From: Octopus sinensis
Lineage: Eukaryota
Length of the DNA stretch: 64,000 nt
Assembly: GCF_006345805.1 (NCBI RefSeq)
Contig: NC_042999.1
Coordinates: 49,042,001-49,106,000 of the forward strand
Reading direction: 5' to 3'
The position numbers and the translations under genes are program-made. The notes under the pieces were generated by a model, which ran no database searches, was not told the origin of the DNA, and worked only from the letters and a program-made list of their open reading frames with translations. Of the stretch, positions 1-15,858 are shown piece by piece; within the stretch, counting starts at the first letter, position 1, and every line of letters begins with the position of its first letter.

Positions 1-99
1 GAAATTACTGAAAGAATCATTAGTTTGATGAATTGTTGGTTAATATGTAATTAAAACATAGACCCACACACACACAAAAAAATATGCCTGACCGACTTC

Positions 100-334
100 A
101 TACACACACACATATATATATATATACACATATGTATATGTGTGTGTATGAGTGTGACTATGTGTATATGTATATTTCTATATATGTGTATGTATATATA
201 TATATATATATATATCTATATATATATATATATATTATATATATATATATTATATATATATATATATATATATCATATATGTGTATGTATGTATATATAT
301 ATATATATAAATATATATATATATATCATATATA

Positions 335-400
<66 letters not shown>

Positions 401-410
401 ATATATCATA
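100..410. repeat. (TA)n-dominated microsatellite (one of dozens in the window)
   Basis: Direct inspection; this tract type explains most of the YI/IY-repeat pseudo-ORFs in the six-frame track. Confidence 0.95.
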
Positions 411-898
411 TATGTTGGTGTGTACTTCTTGTACGTTGGGATGGTCATTTTGTCAATAAAATACATTCCCTGGTTGTATTTTTATCATTATCGATCTTCT
501 AGTCAACTAAGTAACTAATTAACTAGTAAATTCTTTGATCACTCGTTTGATCAATCATATTGTTGATCAGAATAGTTACGTCGCAATTTCCGAATGAAAT
601 GATAATGCAGTTTATACGTTCCACTTCAAACATAATATTTTGTAGCAGATTTCAAGCACAAGATGGTACTCCCCTGATAACTTGGCAGACTGTGACAAAT
701 GGACTCTGGTTGATCAAACAATTAATCCACGAATTGATTAAGTAATTGTTTAAGCAATTAGTTAGTTAACAGATAATAAATTTGAAAGGAGAAAGTACAT
801 ATAATTTCCTTGGCAAAATAACTATCCCCAGGTGTTATAACACGATTTCATATCAATATATACATGTATATACATACGTACAGACATATTTTTATATA

Positions 899-933
<35 letters not shown>

Positions 934-934
934 G

Positions 935-968
<34 letters not shown>

Positions 969-2211
969 TATATATATATATTTGTATATATGCATGTGTG
1001 TGTGTGTGTGTGTGTGTATACAGCAAAGTATTTGTGTCTGGTAAGCCTCTTTTGTTTTCTTATGGTATGGTTTCTTTTATCTATTTGTAATATATTTTAA
1101 AGCAAAATCGCTAGTGTTTCCGACTAATTACAGTTATGTGAGTCTTATTTATCCACCTAGCCTAAAATCACTTTTGATATATTTCTTAGTGAATTTCAAA
1201 ACAAATGGCGGGACAATGCGTGAATCTTGGTAATCATTCACCTTATAATTAGGCTTCGTAATTAACTGTGTGTGTGTGTACAATACGAAAGTTTCAGGTA
1301 CTTTCATTGTTTTAGTTTTTTTCCTTTGTCTTCGTTTATTTTCCTTTTTCGTTTTGAATCAGTGGAGGTCAAACGAATAAAGTAGTTTTATAATTATAGG
1401 ACAGTTTAGTGTAATGGCAAATATACAACCATCTGACATATATAAAAGAAAAAAAAGGAATAAATGGAGCTTCCCAGCTCGTAATAAGACCATCGTACAC
1501 TGTAATAAGAACGGTACATCAACATTACAATACATATCATACTAGAAGAGACAGTAGTTTAGATTTATACCGCAGAATATCTTACCAACAGGATTTACAG
1601 TTCTGTTTTATGTATATCGTGAAGCCCACAGACATAATGCAAGTTTCAAGAAATACAAGCTTTATAAAATATCAGCAAGTAACTGTGTGATGTAACACAA
1701 ACGAAGGTGGCTTAATGCAAATAACAATTAAGTAGTAACCTTGAAATACTTAAAATATATAATTTGAACAATGAAAGTGAAAGTAACACACGTGACTAAC
1801 ATAACAGCGACTAAGGTAACAGAGGCACATGCTATATGGTATACAACGTAAGTCAGTCATGAAAACGATTCATAAAAGATGACGTCAGATTGTGTTTTGT
1901 TAATACAAAACAATATAAATAAGTATATTTCAATGTGTCCAATTAGAAATTAAAATTTTACGTAAGTGAAATTATTCATTAGGAGCCATTTAAAAACTAA
2001 ACTATAGGAGTAAATATTTAGGTATAGCTGTGCGTGCAGATATATGGAGAGAGAGTGTGTGTGCTTATGTGTGTATCAGTGTTTGTGTGTATACGTGTAT
2101 TCTTTATGTCATTTGTCTTGTTCGTCAGCATATTATATACCTATGTATATGTATATATATATATTTATATTTATATATATATATATAAATATACATATAT
2201 ATATAAATATG

Positions 2212-2265
<54 letters not shown>

Positions 2266-2481
2266 CATATATATGTATATATATATATTATATATAATAT
2301 ATATATATATATATATAGACAGAGAGATAGATAGATGAACAGATAGATATATAGACAGATACATATATAGGTAGATATAAAAATGATATAGGATTATGTA
2401 AATTATATAATAATGTATGAATATGTATTTACAAACACACACTTAACACACAAGCTAGTACCCACACACACACACATATGC

Positions 2482-2513
<32 letters not shown>

Positions 2514-3156
2514 CCTATATACATACACCAGGATATAAGCTTCTCTACACATATACATACAAATGTATTGTAAAATAGATAATATTTGTACGTGTTAGAA
2601 TAAGTTTAGACCGATCTAATATACTGAAATGACACTGCTTGTGAATCATTCGGGAATGAAGCACAGGAAGTTCACTACAAGTTACAAAATTTGTGTACGT
2701 GTGTATATATGTATATATGTGTGTGTGCGTGTGTGTGTGTATTCACATATATTATATATATATATATATTGCACATACGTGTACATTCCACGGTTGCAGC
2801 GATAAAGTCAGTTGAGTTTTCACGAATATTTGATCATTGTAAAAGATAAATTTGCCTACTGAACAACACACATTCTGATTGGTGGAATATTGAGAAGACT
2901 TAAGATACGGGTAGGAGGCATAAACTAAATAAGTATTATCATATTCTACAGGATGTGCTGAGATGCTGTTGCCTTATCCATGATAAACGACCAGTATGTG
3001 CGTTTGTGTGGGTTTCTGTGTATATTTATACAATACATATGTATGCATACCTATTGCATGTAAATATATACATATACACTTGCATATGTATCTATATATA
3101 CATACCTAAACCTATATATATATATACATGTGCCTGAGTGTGTGCGTGTGTGTGTT

Positions 3157-3198
<42 letters not shown>

Positions 3199-3473
3199 CT
3201 CACACAGATATGTACGAATGCATAGCGAAATTGTTACATTTTTCCAGAAACTTTACATCGCGACGGAGTTTTATGAAATAATTTTAGGCAACATCTAAAT
3301 TTAAACATTCAAAATCATGTCGTGTAATATATCCTAATAAATCCAACGTCCAACGTATTTTTAATAAATAACACAAATATTCATGTACTACTAAGTACAT
3401 CATGTACTTCTACATAACATGCCATTTTCCTTGAAAGAGATTTAGCAAATTCGCTCATCTTGGTTGTAACAAT

Positions 3474-3514
<41 letters not shown>

Positions 3515-4058
3515 AGGTATTTACATGTATCTGGGTGTGTCTGAGTGTGCAAGGGAAGACAAAATGTTTTCCTGAGAGTTGATTTTTATTATTACGTGGC
3601 CCGTAAAAGAAAATATTATTCGAACAGTCCTGCGTTCCATTTGTAATCGTTTTCTCCTTTCGGAAATAGGAACGATTACGATTCATTTCAGCTTCAATTT
3701 TCAAAGAGAGAAATTTGTAATTTGGGTGTAAACTTTAGCGACCTTGTAGTAGTTCATTTCTTTAACTCCATCAAATATGATATTTACTTTAAACATACAT
3801 TATATTACATTCCGGTTGAGACCAAAATATGAGGGTTATTTTATTCTTTGTGCGATTTCAAGCACTTAAATCATCAATGATTATATATATATATATAAGA
3901 GATAAGAGGAAAAAACTTTTGATAAGCATAACAAATGCGCAACCGGTAAAAAGAACTTTCACCTAATTAAATTACTTAAATCACTTAAATTATTTTGTCA
4001 GCATTTTCTTCATTTCCTTTTTTATATATCACAACTCGTGTTCCACATCTCCTTTTTT

Positions 4059-4135
<77 letters not shown>

Positions 4136-4202
4136 TTGTATGTATATATATAATTATATATCAAACACAACAGTGATACTTACAAATACTTATATATGTA
4201 CA

Positions 4203-4235
<33 letters not shown>

Positions 4236-4905
4236 AATGCGTTTATATGCATTTTTATGAATGCATATACACTTATGTATGCAGATTGCTACATTTTTTG
4301 TGTGTACGTACACATGTCAATATCTATGTATGTATGTATGTATGTATGTATGTATGTGTCAACAAAATAATAGAGTTCTTTTCCTTGCACTGGGTCGTCC
4401 AGTTTACCTTGAAATCATCTACAGAAAGTGGGAATAACTAATTGTTACGTGAATCGTCCGAAATTGTATCGATGCTCAGTACGGTATGCAACATAAATAA
4501 ACGAAAGTATAAGGATACATATATGTGTTTGTACGTGTATGTTGCTATTATACAAAATTGTCGTAAGTCCAAAAAGTGGGTTTTTCAGGAAACGGAAAAA
4601 TGGTTTCACCATTCCATTTCTTTTTACGTTAGCAACAGTTTCCGCTTAACAATAATACTTTGTTGGGTACATAAAATCGTAATTCCTTGCATGTATGATA
4701 TTTTTGTCGTATGTAAGACTTACTGCACTCTTGAAAATGCTAAACCATCGTACTACAATTTGACAATTTTCATATCTTGGCATCTGAAGCAGCGGGAGAT
4801 ACGATAGTTCAACCAAAAGAATCGGTTATTTCAAGCAAAAGCAAATATTGGAAAACAGCATTTGACCAAAGTTGGACTACGACAGATTAAAATAATAGCA
4901 ACGGC

Positions 4906-4938
<33 letters not shown>

Positions 4939-5244
4939 ATATAAATAATATGTATGTACATATATATGCACATATATATATATATACATACAAACATATA
5001 TATATATATACATATATATGTATACATACTTACATATATATGTATATACATATGCATATATGGGTACAGGGTGTCATAAAACGTAAACAACATGAAATAC
5101 GAAAACAGGGAATACGAAATTTTTTGCAGACAACGAAGGAAACAAATGGAAAACAAGACAAGTAACATAAAGAACGTCCTTTCATCAGTTGTCGGCTATT
5201 TTATCTATATATGTGTGTGTGTGTTTCTCTCTCTCTCTCTCTCT

Positions 5245-5306
<62 letters not shown>

Positions 5307-5427
5307 CTAAAGTATATGTGTATATATATTTCTATACATGTATGCACTCATTTGCAATGTATGAAATATAAATAGACATGTTTTTGTGTATGTATGTAGA
5401 TATGTTTATATATATTTGTATATATAC

Positions 5428-5476
<49 letters not shown>

Positions 5477-8400
5477 TAGAGAGAGTGATAAATAGATAGT
5501 TGCCTTTGGGAATGTGTGTGTTCGTGTGTAAGTGTGTTTGTACGTGTGTATGGGTGTGTGGATGCGTTTTTGCGTGTGTACGAATAAAAGTTTTATAATT
5601 AAACAAACATTTTTGCAAATATTCTGTGTCAGACTGAAAAGTTAATCAACTTTTATGCTTAGAGGTGTTTCAGTATGGACAAAGAATACCTTTATGTTTT
5701 AAATGTTCTTTGAGTTAGGTTGCGTCTACTCGAACATTTTAAATCTCATACTAATGGATTGAGACAATGATTTAAAAATAAAATGCAAGGAAGTCAATTG
5801 GGCAAGCTAAGTGCATCACCAGATACTATTCAATTTGTTATCGTTCATTTACTTTTGATCTATTGCCATCCATGTTGAAGGTGTCTGGCATTTATATCAA
5901 GGCAGAGTAATACCGCAATGGTCATAAACTTAGAGTATACTGAACTGTTTGAATATCTAAATAATGAGTTTAAAGACAGAACAATAGTCAATTTTTCATT
6001 GCTTCCTAGTGTTGGTACAAGTGGTCACTATATGTGTGATACTTAGTTCATGGAGCCTGGAACATATACCATCAGCTTTAATAATTCTACTAATTCGACC
6101 AATCAACATCTGTCAACTGGATTCATTATGAAATCAGAAAAGATTAAAGGCAATGTTAAATCTAATAAATTCAACGTGAAAGCCATAAAACGCCTAACAT
6201 CGTAGTTTTATGCAGTGCAAGAGGAATAAGTCTAGAGGACGGACATGTTCCCGTCCAAGAAGCACACTTTAGTATATCCGACTTCTAAATATCAAGGGCC
6301 GTTGACATCTAGTATTTGCACTATCATAGCTAATATTCTGTGAGTTGCCACTAGCTGCAGACATGACACACTTTTAGCTGAATGGACTGGAGGACGACGA
6401 AATGATGTCCAAGAACACAAACAGGAATCGAAATCGTTTCTTCGATACCAGCACGATAACAATTATTACGCTTAATGGTGTTGCTAAGCTTGTAGCTGGA
6501 GATTTGTACACTAAACTGAAGTTTACGAGCTCTAGAGGATACTAACTGTTTGCTATAGAAGCACAAGACCAAATGTTTTGACGGATAGTTTGTTATATAT
6601 ATATATTTTTTTGTGTGTATGTATGTCTTACTTCATGCTCTTGGTCATTTGCCACCATTTTAGCCATGTGTATTTTACATAAATTGCCACAATGATAGAC
6701 ATTTGAATGACTTGACTCCAGTATGTATTCTGTATATTTTAAGAAGTATGCAAATGTAATTTTTTAAAAGTATGCATTTAATTTCAAATGCAGCGTGATG
6801 AATATTAATATTTTAGATATTTACGCGGATGCCCGAAATTTGAAGTCAGTGTACAGCCTTCAGCAAAGCAATACCTTAATCTTAAACTTGTAGAGCTTGT
6901 CCCACATTTCTACAAAAGTTTTGTAATCGATTACATCGATTGCATTGTATGACTGTTCCTTATCCACCATTCCTTCGCAACACTTCCCTTGACTTGGTGG
7001 CAATTCTTTGCAATTAAATGAATCCGAATGCTAAATTCCCTAGTGTTAGTTATTCAATATTCTCTACATTCATTTCCTTTAATTCCTTATCACAAGATGC
7101 TTTTATGTAAAAACATCTTTCAATTTTTATATGCGTTAGCACAATAATACCGGGAAACTTATGTTCATGCCACATATCTGTCCTTTTTTACTATGGCCAA
7201 ACACTTCCACAACATATCTTCCGATACATTTTGCCTGGGCTAATTTATTGTATTCATTTATCAGATGTGCTACACAATCGCTCTTTCTATGTTGCAGATT
7301 GTACAGCGTGCAGATACAGTGGATTTGTCTTTTATGTACTTTGATACAGGGCATTCTAAAATCTTTTTCTTGTGATTCAGATGCTAATTAATATTTATCA
7401 ACATCCATAAGCTTATACCTTTACCTACTAGTAATCTAAATTTCAAATGTCTTCTTTTCAGTTGACCACTGCACACTGGAATCTCTCAGAGAACGACAGA
7501 ACGAATTTATTCCATGATTTATCAAAAAACACTTTATTCCTACCCGCATAACATTCACTCTCTGTTAACATTGATCTATAGATGTTTATAAATAAATCGA
7601 TAAGATACCAACATTTTGGATGATGTTTGGAATGGGTGGCTATTTTGATTTGCATGAATTGATTTTCATTTTTATTTTTTTATCGTCTTTTTTGATAATT
7701 TTATCTACATGACACTTTGAAGCATTACTGCCCCACTTTCGATTTTCAATGTAAAATTCTTCATATACATATCGACTCCTTTTCAGAATGGAATGGGATG
7801 AAAGGGTTCCCATTTAAATTGGATTGATTGGAAATCGAATGTACCATGTAACTATGAAAAATATAAGCTTCTATTTCTTTTCCTCTTTTGAGTTCAAATA
7901 CTGCCGAGAATTATTTTTCATTCATACTTCTGAGGAGTGATAAAATAAATACCAGTCAATTACTATGGTACATTCACTCGGGTATATCCGTCCACCGACT
8001 TCCACCTGGATTGGTAGATTCGCATGAACAACAGAAGAAATGTCTTGCGATATTGTTTCTGAGTTCAAACTCTGTTGAGATTAACTTAGACTTTCAACTT
8101 TTCCTTGTCAATAAAATAAAATAAAGAAACAATCTAATACTTGGGCTAATGTTATCGACTAACTTATGTCACCAGTAAAAAGAAACTGACTTTTTGGTTA
8201 AAATTGGAACAAAGGGCGGCGATCTGGCAGAATCCGTTAAATTGTTGTAATAAAAATGTCTCCATGTATTTTTGACACAACTTTACATTTTCAGTTCAAA
8301 TCGCACCGAGGCCAACTTTGTTACTAAGTACCTGTCAAGTACTGATGTCGATGGTGTCGACTAACCCCCTCCCCTCAAAATTACAGGCTTGAACTAGATA

Positions 8401-10167
8401 ATAAATTATAATTATAATTATATGTAACTGCAGTAGTGAGAAGTTTTAGGAATATCGTGTCGTTCCAAAGGCAAATGCCACCTGTTTAGCGACTGTTTCC
8501 AACAACTATGAGGTATATGTGAAGTTATACGGAATAAACCATCATTGACAAATCTAAGGAATTCAATCAAGCGCTGAATATTGGCAGAGTTGTTAGGCCA
8601 TCAGAGAAGAGACATGAAGAGAGTTGATCCGGAATTTTCTTGCTGTGATATCTCCTTGGACAACATCAGTATCGTACAGAAAAGAAATTTACACTCATGA
8701 AAAATCACTTGTTTCCACAATATGAAATTTGCCCAGGGCTCTGCATACAAACAAATACATGGTTAACCCTGACCGAGGGCGACCTCACACACACTCAAAC
8801 ATATGCATACACACTCACAAATACAAAACACGCATAAACAAACATAGACAAACACACATCGTAAATGTGTCATTGTAACCATTTATAGATCGTCATAACA
8901 TTTTCTGTTCATTATATTGAATATTTCGTTTATACATTCCATTTCATTCATATATTTTTTCATTAAGTTTAAAAACGTCGGTTCCATTTTACAATTCGTC
9001 CAGTAAGGTTTTAAAGAGTGAGTAAATTCTGGGAGATATCTTTATTGCTGCTATTATTCATGTTTGGTAGAATGATGGTAGATTGACAAAATCGGTTTAG
9101 TACCGGATAAAATATAGCAAAAGTATGGTGGGCAGTAGAATCGAGAAAGCGGTAGATGGTAGTACTTGTTCTACGTATTTACACACTTTGAAGTACTGAT
9201 TTCAAATGCTATCGATATCAATTTTGCTTTTATCATTTTAGAATCTATAAAGCAATATATCAAATGATTGTGTTGATTAATTTAATGAAAACCTTTTGTC
9301 AAAGTTACAAATAGTGGTATTATTGAATAGCACCGTAATGTAGGTGGCTAGTTCACGATGCCAATGAAGCAAATCATCACTTGAATCAAACTCCTATATG
9401 TTTGTACGCTGTTGTTAGAAGAGAGTAATGGCGTTATTAGTCAGGCTCTATTATGACGACCGGAATGAGCAAAATGTCAAGATAAATGATTTTTTATTAA
9501 TTTCTGGTTGTTACACAAGCTACAACTTGTTTCATTCGTTACATTTTATATCAATATTTAACACGGCGTGTCACAGTTAACAACCGATCAGCATTTGTTT
9601 TTTTACTTTCTCATTAAGTCATCAATTTGGTTAACAGACTGCTAACAGTAAAACGATAACTATAATATACAGAGCAAATATAAAACATGGGTAACGAAAC
9701 AAACATAAAATATTTACATTCTCTTGCGTTTGTTGATAAATTTATATGTCGTCTACTATCTATAATTGATAAACATGAGACAGTATCTCGTAAGCACAAT
9801 ATATCTTTTCCGTTAATATTTATACCCATTAAAGGACCTACTCCAGTGGGAGCGAACAAATGACGATGTTCAACAAATCGGCGTAATCACCCATACGCAT
9901 TTTGCTCTCACCACTTTTATCTGCGTTGCCCGTACACGATGTCACTTTACTCCCACGAATATGGCCCCTTTAAGGAATATAGCTAGACAGTTTTTTACGC
10001 ACAAGTCAGCGATGCAAATGCCCTGGTTTCCACTTGCACGCGAGAACGCTTGCTCACGCCTACATTTGCAAAGATGAATAATAACGACTTCATATTTATA
10101 TATGATACAATAGGTGCCCATCATGTATGCATACGTATGTATATATATAACTATATATAATATATAT

Positions 10168-10237
<70 letters not shown>

Positions 10238-10885
10238 ACTATATATATATATATATATTATATATATATATATACTTACATATATATACAACGGTGCATG
10301 AATATGTGTATATATATATATATACATATACATGTGTGTATATGTATATAGAGAGATAAATTCAAAAATCATATATATATTTTTCATTTTTAAATGCACA
10401 AATCCATATGCGGGGTTAGTGCATGTATAAGCTTTGTAGATTTTCTCAGAGTAGGGGCATTTAACATTTAACATTTGGAATCCAACAGGAATATTTACAC
10501 AGTTTCGATGCAACGTCGGAAGCCATTGAATTCCATGTCTGTGTTTTAGTCTTAATCTCACGTTGTATTACAATTAATAAATTGTTGCTTATCTTTGAAG
10601 AACAAGGGCGAGCACATCCTCCCTCGTTTAAATTATGCTTGTAAAATTCAAATGGTAAATATATAGCCGTTGCACTAGCAGAGTGTTTTCGTTCGTATCG
10701 TTGTTAACCTGGGTGTTATTGTTCCTGCTGGTACTATTGTTATTTCTCATGCAATTCCATATGTCAGTATGTTACTGCCTCTTTTATTATCGTTATCGCT
10801 CTGACGTATTGTATTTGTTATTTTAGATATCGATCTTGTTCCGTGTCTTATAATCCTTGTCTTATCATCATCATCATTATCACCA

Positions 10886-10916
<31 letters not shown>

Positions 10917-11649
10917 CATTATTATCATCATCGTCATCATGAACACGATCATAAACATCATTATTGTTATTTTACGTTTATGGTAACCATAAAGCTCTCG
11001 GAATTCTTAAGAGACTCATCAGGATAATATTTATTCCAATGAGAATAGAATTTTAGAACGTTCGCATATGTTTCGTAATGCACGAGCCACTTAGTTGGTG
11101 CTATAGTTTTGAAAATATTGGGTTTTTCTAATTAAAATACGTCCACCGTCTTCCAATGCCGTCAAGGTCGACACGCCCTTCATTGTTTCGTGGGCGATAT
11201 AATAAGTACCAGCTGATGTAAGCTACTAGACCTTTCTCAAAAGAATTCCAGGTAAAATGGAAGAATAGTTAAAATGACAAACAAAATGCTTGGCGGCATT
11301 TTATACGTCTTTACTATCTAAGTTCAAATTCCACCGAGGTCGAGGATGGTTTTCATTCTTCCGGGGTCGATGAAATAAGTACTGGTTGTGCACTGGGGTC
11401 GATGCGATCAAATAACACTTCCGTCCAAAATTCTAAGCCTTGTACTTTGTTACTGTTGTTGTTGTTGTTGGTGGTAGTGGTGCTGTTAGACAATCAGCAG
11501 AGCGCGTTACGATTTGAAATAGATTGTTTAATTAACGCTCCAAACCGTTAAATAAGCAATCTATTACAAATCGCATCGCGCGCTTCTTATTCTCTATTTA
11601 CCTTCGTGAAGAATTTCTTCAATCTTTATAAATTATTTTTGTCATTATG

Positions 11650-12020
11650 ATTATCCTCGCCGCCCTCCTTCAATCGGGTAGGCAAAGCAGTTTTCCATTG
11701 CCTGGTGGCTGTGGCGAAGGAGGGTCGTTGGTGGACAAGGCTGAAAGGCTTGACGACAGACACATTCTTCCTTAGCAGATCTCTCATTGAATTCTTCAAG
11801 GTTCACTTAGAAATGAAACTGATGGTGGAGAGAGAAGTGTTGTCCTCGTGAAAGTTTATTGTGAGGTGTGTGACAGTTGCGAAAATGGCAAGAGTGGATG
11901 GTACCTCTCTGAGTGTAGACCTGTGAGTCGGAGAGAGGGAATTGGAGAGGGCACTTGCTCTTGGTGTTCAGGGAAATCTCGAATAGTGGGGTTCCTCGAT
12001 TATCCTTAAAGGACATTATG
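11650..12020 (-). mobile_element. Highly decayed CR1/L2-like LINE 3' remnant (tentative)
   Basis: GC-richer island. Minus-strand peptide FATATRQWKTALPTRLKE resembles the C-terminal F..T.R.WN.LP motif of CR1/L2 ORF2; reading frames are broken. Confidence 0.3.
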
Positions 12021-12261
12021 TATCATAAGGGCTGCATCTCTATCATCACTGCCTGTTTTTTTCTAGCTTTTGTATATAATGTATATCTTCCTTCCTTTTC
12101 ATTATACACCGTGTATACTAGCTTTTTTTTGTTATTTATTCAGTTATTTTGTCATTGCACTATAAGTAAACTCCAACACTTTATGTCTGTCTTTGTATTA
12201 TCTCCTTCATCCTTCGCCCTGGTGGCAAATAAATGAAATCTTTATTATTATTATTATTATT

Positions 12262-13404
12262 CAGTAGTTTTATTTTTATAGCATGCTTTCACTTCACTAC
12301 CGAGCGCAGATCTGTGTGCCTTGGGTATGTGCTGTGATTTGTTGTGATGCTCTGATGGTTATTGCATGGAAAGTGTTTTGTGTAGGATGTGTGCAGTGCC
12401 TAGTAGTGCAATTTTCTGTATGTTATATGTGTTTGTAAGTCCTGGTGTTTTTGTTATGTATTTGTCTGAATATTTTTTTATCATGCCTAATGCACCTACT
12501 ATGATAGGAATTGTTTCTGTTTTTAGATTCCACATTCTGGTTACCTCTATTTCCAGGTCTTTGTATTTTGAAAGTTTCTCCATTTCTTTTAGAGACACGT
12601 TGTCATCTGCCAGTATTGATACATCAATTAGAAAGCATTTTTTTTTCTTCTCTGACAACTATATCTGGTCTGCTGGCCTTAATTTCTATATCTGTGTGTA
12701 TCGACATATCCCAGAGTATGGTTGCTTTCTCGTTTTCTGTGACCTTTTCTGGTGTGTGCCTATACCATTTTTTTCTGTTGTTATTCCATAATGTTGGCAT
12801 AGCTTCCAGTGTATGTAGGTTCCAACTCTGTCATGTCTGTGAATATATTCTTTCTTAGCCAGGACTGGGCAGCCAGAGATAATATGATTTATTGTTTCTT
12901 GTCCATCTCCACATATTCTGCAGTTACTTGTTATATTTCTTTTCATTACATGTTTTTGGTAATTTCTGGTGGGGAAGCTTTGGTCGTGTGCTGCAATTAA
13001 AAATCCCTCTGTCTCTGCTTTGAGTCCTGAGCTTCTCAACCATTGCTGGGGTTTTTCTTTGTCTATTTCTTTTGCGTTTAGTTTAGTCCAGTATTTACCA
13101 TGAAGGGGCTTTTCTTGCCATCGTTTTACCATGGTTCGTTGCTGTTTTATGTTTAGTTTGGATTTCATTTGTTTTATAGCTTTTGTTGTTTCATCTTCTT
13201 CTTCTTCATATTTATTAGGTGGTATGATTTCTTGTTTGTATTTTTTAGCTTCCTTAAATACTGAGAACAGTTTTTTGTTTTGCTCGTGTTTTGCCGCTAT
13301 TTGTATCAGTTTTCCTTCCTTCTGAAGTAGATATTTTTGCAGTCCTATGGTGGTTATTTTATTGTAGTTTCCCAGCTGTATAAGGCCTCTACCACCTTCT
13401 ATAC
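12262..13404 (-). mobile_element. 5'-truncated non-LTR retrotransposon with restriction-like endonuclease (R2 superfamily, best fit R4/Dong clade)
   Basis: Minus strand reads EGGRGLIQL near 13395, then QWLRSSGLKAETEGFLIAAHDQ, CCHC knuckle CRICGDGQETINHIISGC, then RPDIVV...CFLIDVSILADDNVSLKEMEKLSKYKDL...IPIIVGALG (PD-(D/E)xK-type RLE), with frameshifts. Flanked by (TTA)n at 12241-12261 and 13405-13530. Confidence 0.88.
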
Positions 13405-13478
<74 letters not shown>

Positions 13479-14807
13479 CATTGTTATTATCATTGTTGTT
13501 GTTGTTGTTGTTGTTGTTATTATTATAATTATCATTATTGACATCATCGTGTATAGACGTTTACCGACGTCTTGGAGATGCTTCCATGAAAATGTATGTA
13601 TTGTTGTAAGCATGTGTCTTTCGAATATTTTGATACCTTACTCATTAACCAGTGTTGAGGAAATGTTTGCCGTTTAGAAAAATACTTTTCTTATTGTCTT
13701 TAAATTGTTTTAAAATTTACTATTAATTTAATCTGGTTCAGATTTCAACTTCTGCAACAAGAACTGGTACGGAACAGCTCTGTTTGCACACTCGATGATA
13801 GCGGGAATTTTTCTTTAAATTTTAAAACGATCGCTAATAAACGGTAAACAAATGATAAATTAAATATAATTGCTTAAGTAGATCCAGTGGACATTTATAT
13901 TTTAACAAATAATAAGCAATAACGGCAATTTTTCAAGTGATGCTAATTTTAAAGCATTGCTCGCTAAAGAACAGTTTTCGGACGACGGAAAGATCTTTGT
14001 GAGATTGCTAATTCCGAGAACGTACAAATGGGTGACTTACATCAGTTTCTCCGAAATCAGACGCGTCTACCATTATCTTCAAAATAATGTTACAAATTGT
14101 CCTAATCTACCTTTATTTCATTTGTTCTTTTAACCGCGGAAGGGTATATGGAATTATTTGCCTAATATAAAAACTTATAATGCGTTGAAGCACCACACAT
14201 CTACCTATTGGCTTGCTCCGCTAAACTTCGAGCGACAGAATACAAAAATCATATTGTTCTCAACTTTGGGTCATGTATGTACGGGTATGTGATGAGCATA
14301 AATGTAACTATTTACAATACGTGGACAGGTGACATTCAAAGTTTCGTAGACACTATAAACCAAACATCTATTCCGGAGATGTACTCCATTCTGGAGTGAG
14401 AAACGAAACATAGCGATTAGATTGGGGATACAGGCTAGAAAGTTCAGTTGCTTTGCACGGGTAAGTAAGAGTGGCAATTTCGCGACTTTGAAAGCAGCAA
14501 AGCTAGAGAAATTGAGTGAAAAAATATTACAGACAACAACAGAGCCATATAAAAACATCCTCTCATCTGTTGGTTCTAGAATACCATAGGGGCCAGGTGC
14601 TAAGTAAGTAAAGGATAAATGAGAAATGAAAGGTAAGCTCTAACCCACCAAAGTCACACAAGGCTGATAACGAAGAGATAGTCTCCATTTCCGATTACAT
14701 GGAATGTAAGACCCTTCAAAGAACCAGCGCAGAACTTATAGATCCTAATGTCCGTTCGAACAGAACAGCCATGTTGAAGTGGCAACAAACATTACCTGTA
14801 TGTATGC

Positions 14808-14851
<44 letters not shown>

Positions 14852-15013
14852 GGTGCATTCTGTTACGAACGCAGTAGAGTACGGTATAAACCTCGCCCAC
14901 CTTCAGATTTACCCTCTGCTAGCCAATAGTAGTATTATACGTATTTCCAAGTTTGCGTTTAGGCATCTGTCGTGTGTGTCCAATTTTTTCAATTATATAT
15001 ATAAATATATATA

Positions 15014-15074
<61 letters not shown>

Positions 15075-15147
15075 ATATATGTATATGTATGTAAATGTAT
15101 GTATATGTATGTATATGTATGTATAGGTATGTATATGATGTATATGC

Positions 15148-15198
<51 letters not shown>

Positions 15199-15794
15199 AT
15201 ATATTATATATATATATTATATATATATATATTTATATTTATAACAGAAGACTGAAAAACTCTAATTTTAATTCCAAGTTACAGGTGTTTTATTATAGGA
15301 TAAGAGTTACAGTGGTATACATGAATGATGGTACATTTATAGAATCTCCTATATGTAATACTTCGGACAAAGTGTCAAAAAATGGTGTATTATTATTCAA
15401 ATCTAATCACGTACCATTCTTCGTCTGAAGAATACATTAGTAGATTATATATAAGTGTGTCTTCTACATTTGTACCTTCGTGTTTGCTACACTGCAATGA
15501 AACACGTGTAACATGGAATTAAATATATACCAAATATTTTCCACTCTTTGTTTTAATTTGTAATTACTCTGCAAATAGGGTTCCACACAAATTTTAAATG
15601 CTCTGTATATATTATTGCAAATAAAACATCTACATACATATATTTCATTATAGGGAACATGCAGATAAGCTTCACGAGGACACAGTTTAGATTATAACGC
15701 TTTGTAATATATTCAGTGTTTATAATCTAACATATGCATATGTGTGTGTGTGAATATATATGCATACATACACGCACACACACGCACACACACA

Positions 15795-15858
<64 letters not shown>

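Noticed and set aside
503-775. Weak inverted similarity between ~503-560 and ~706-775
   Set aside because: Short, AT-rich and heavily mismatched; possibly an old MITE but not supportable.
9614-9859. APTGV…NING peptide reminiscent of a PIF1/Helitron helicase motif
   Set aside because: Only five matching residues with wrong spacing and no other helicase motifs nearby.
10995-11075. CUGAUGA and GAAA-CAUAUG on the minus strand
   Set aside because: Elements are in the wrong order for type I, and the required stems do not form for type II/III.
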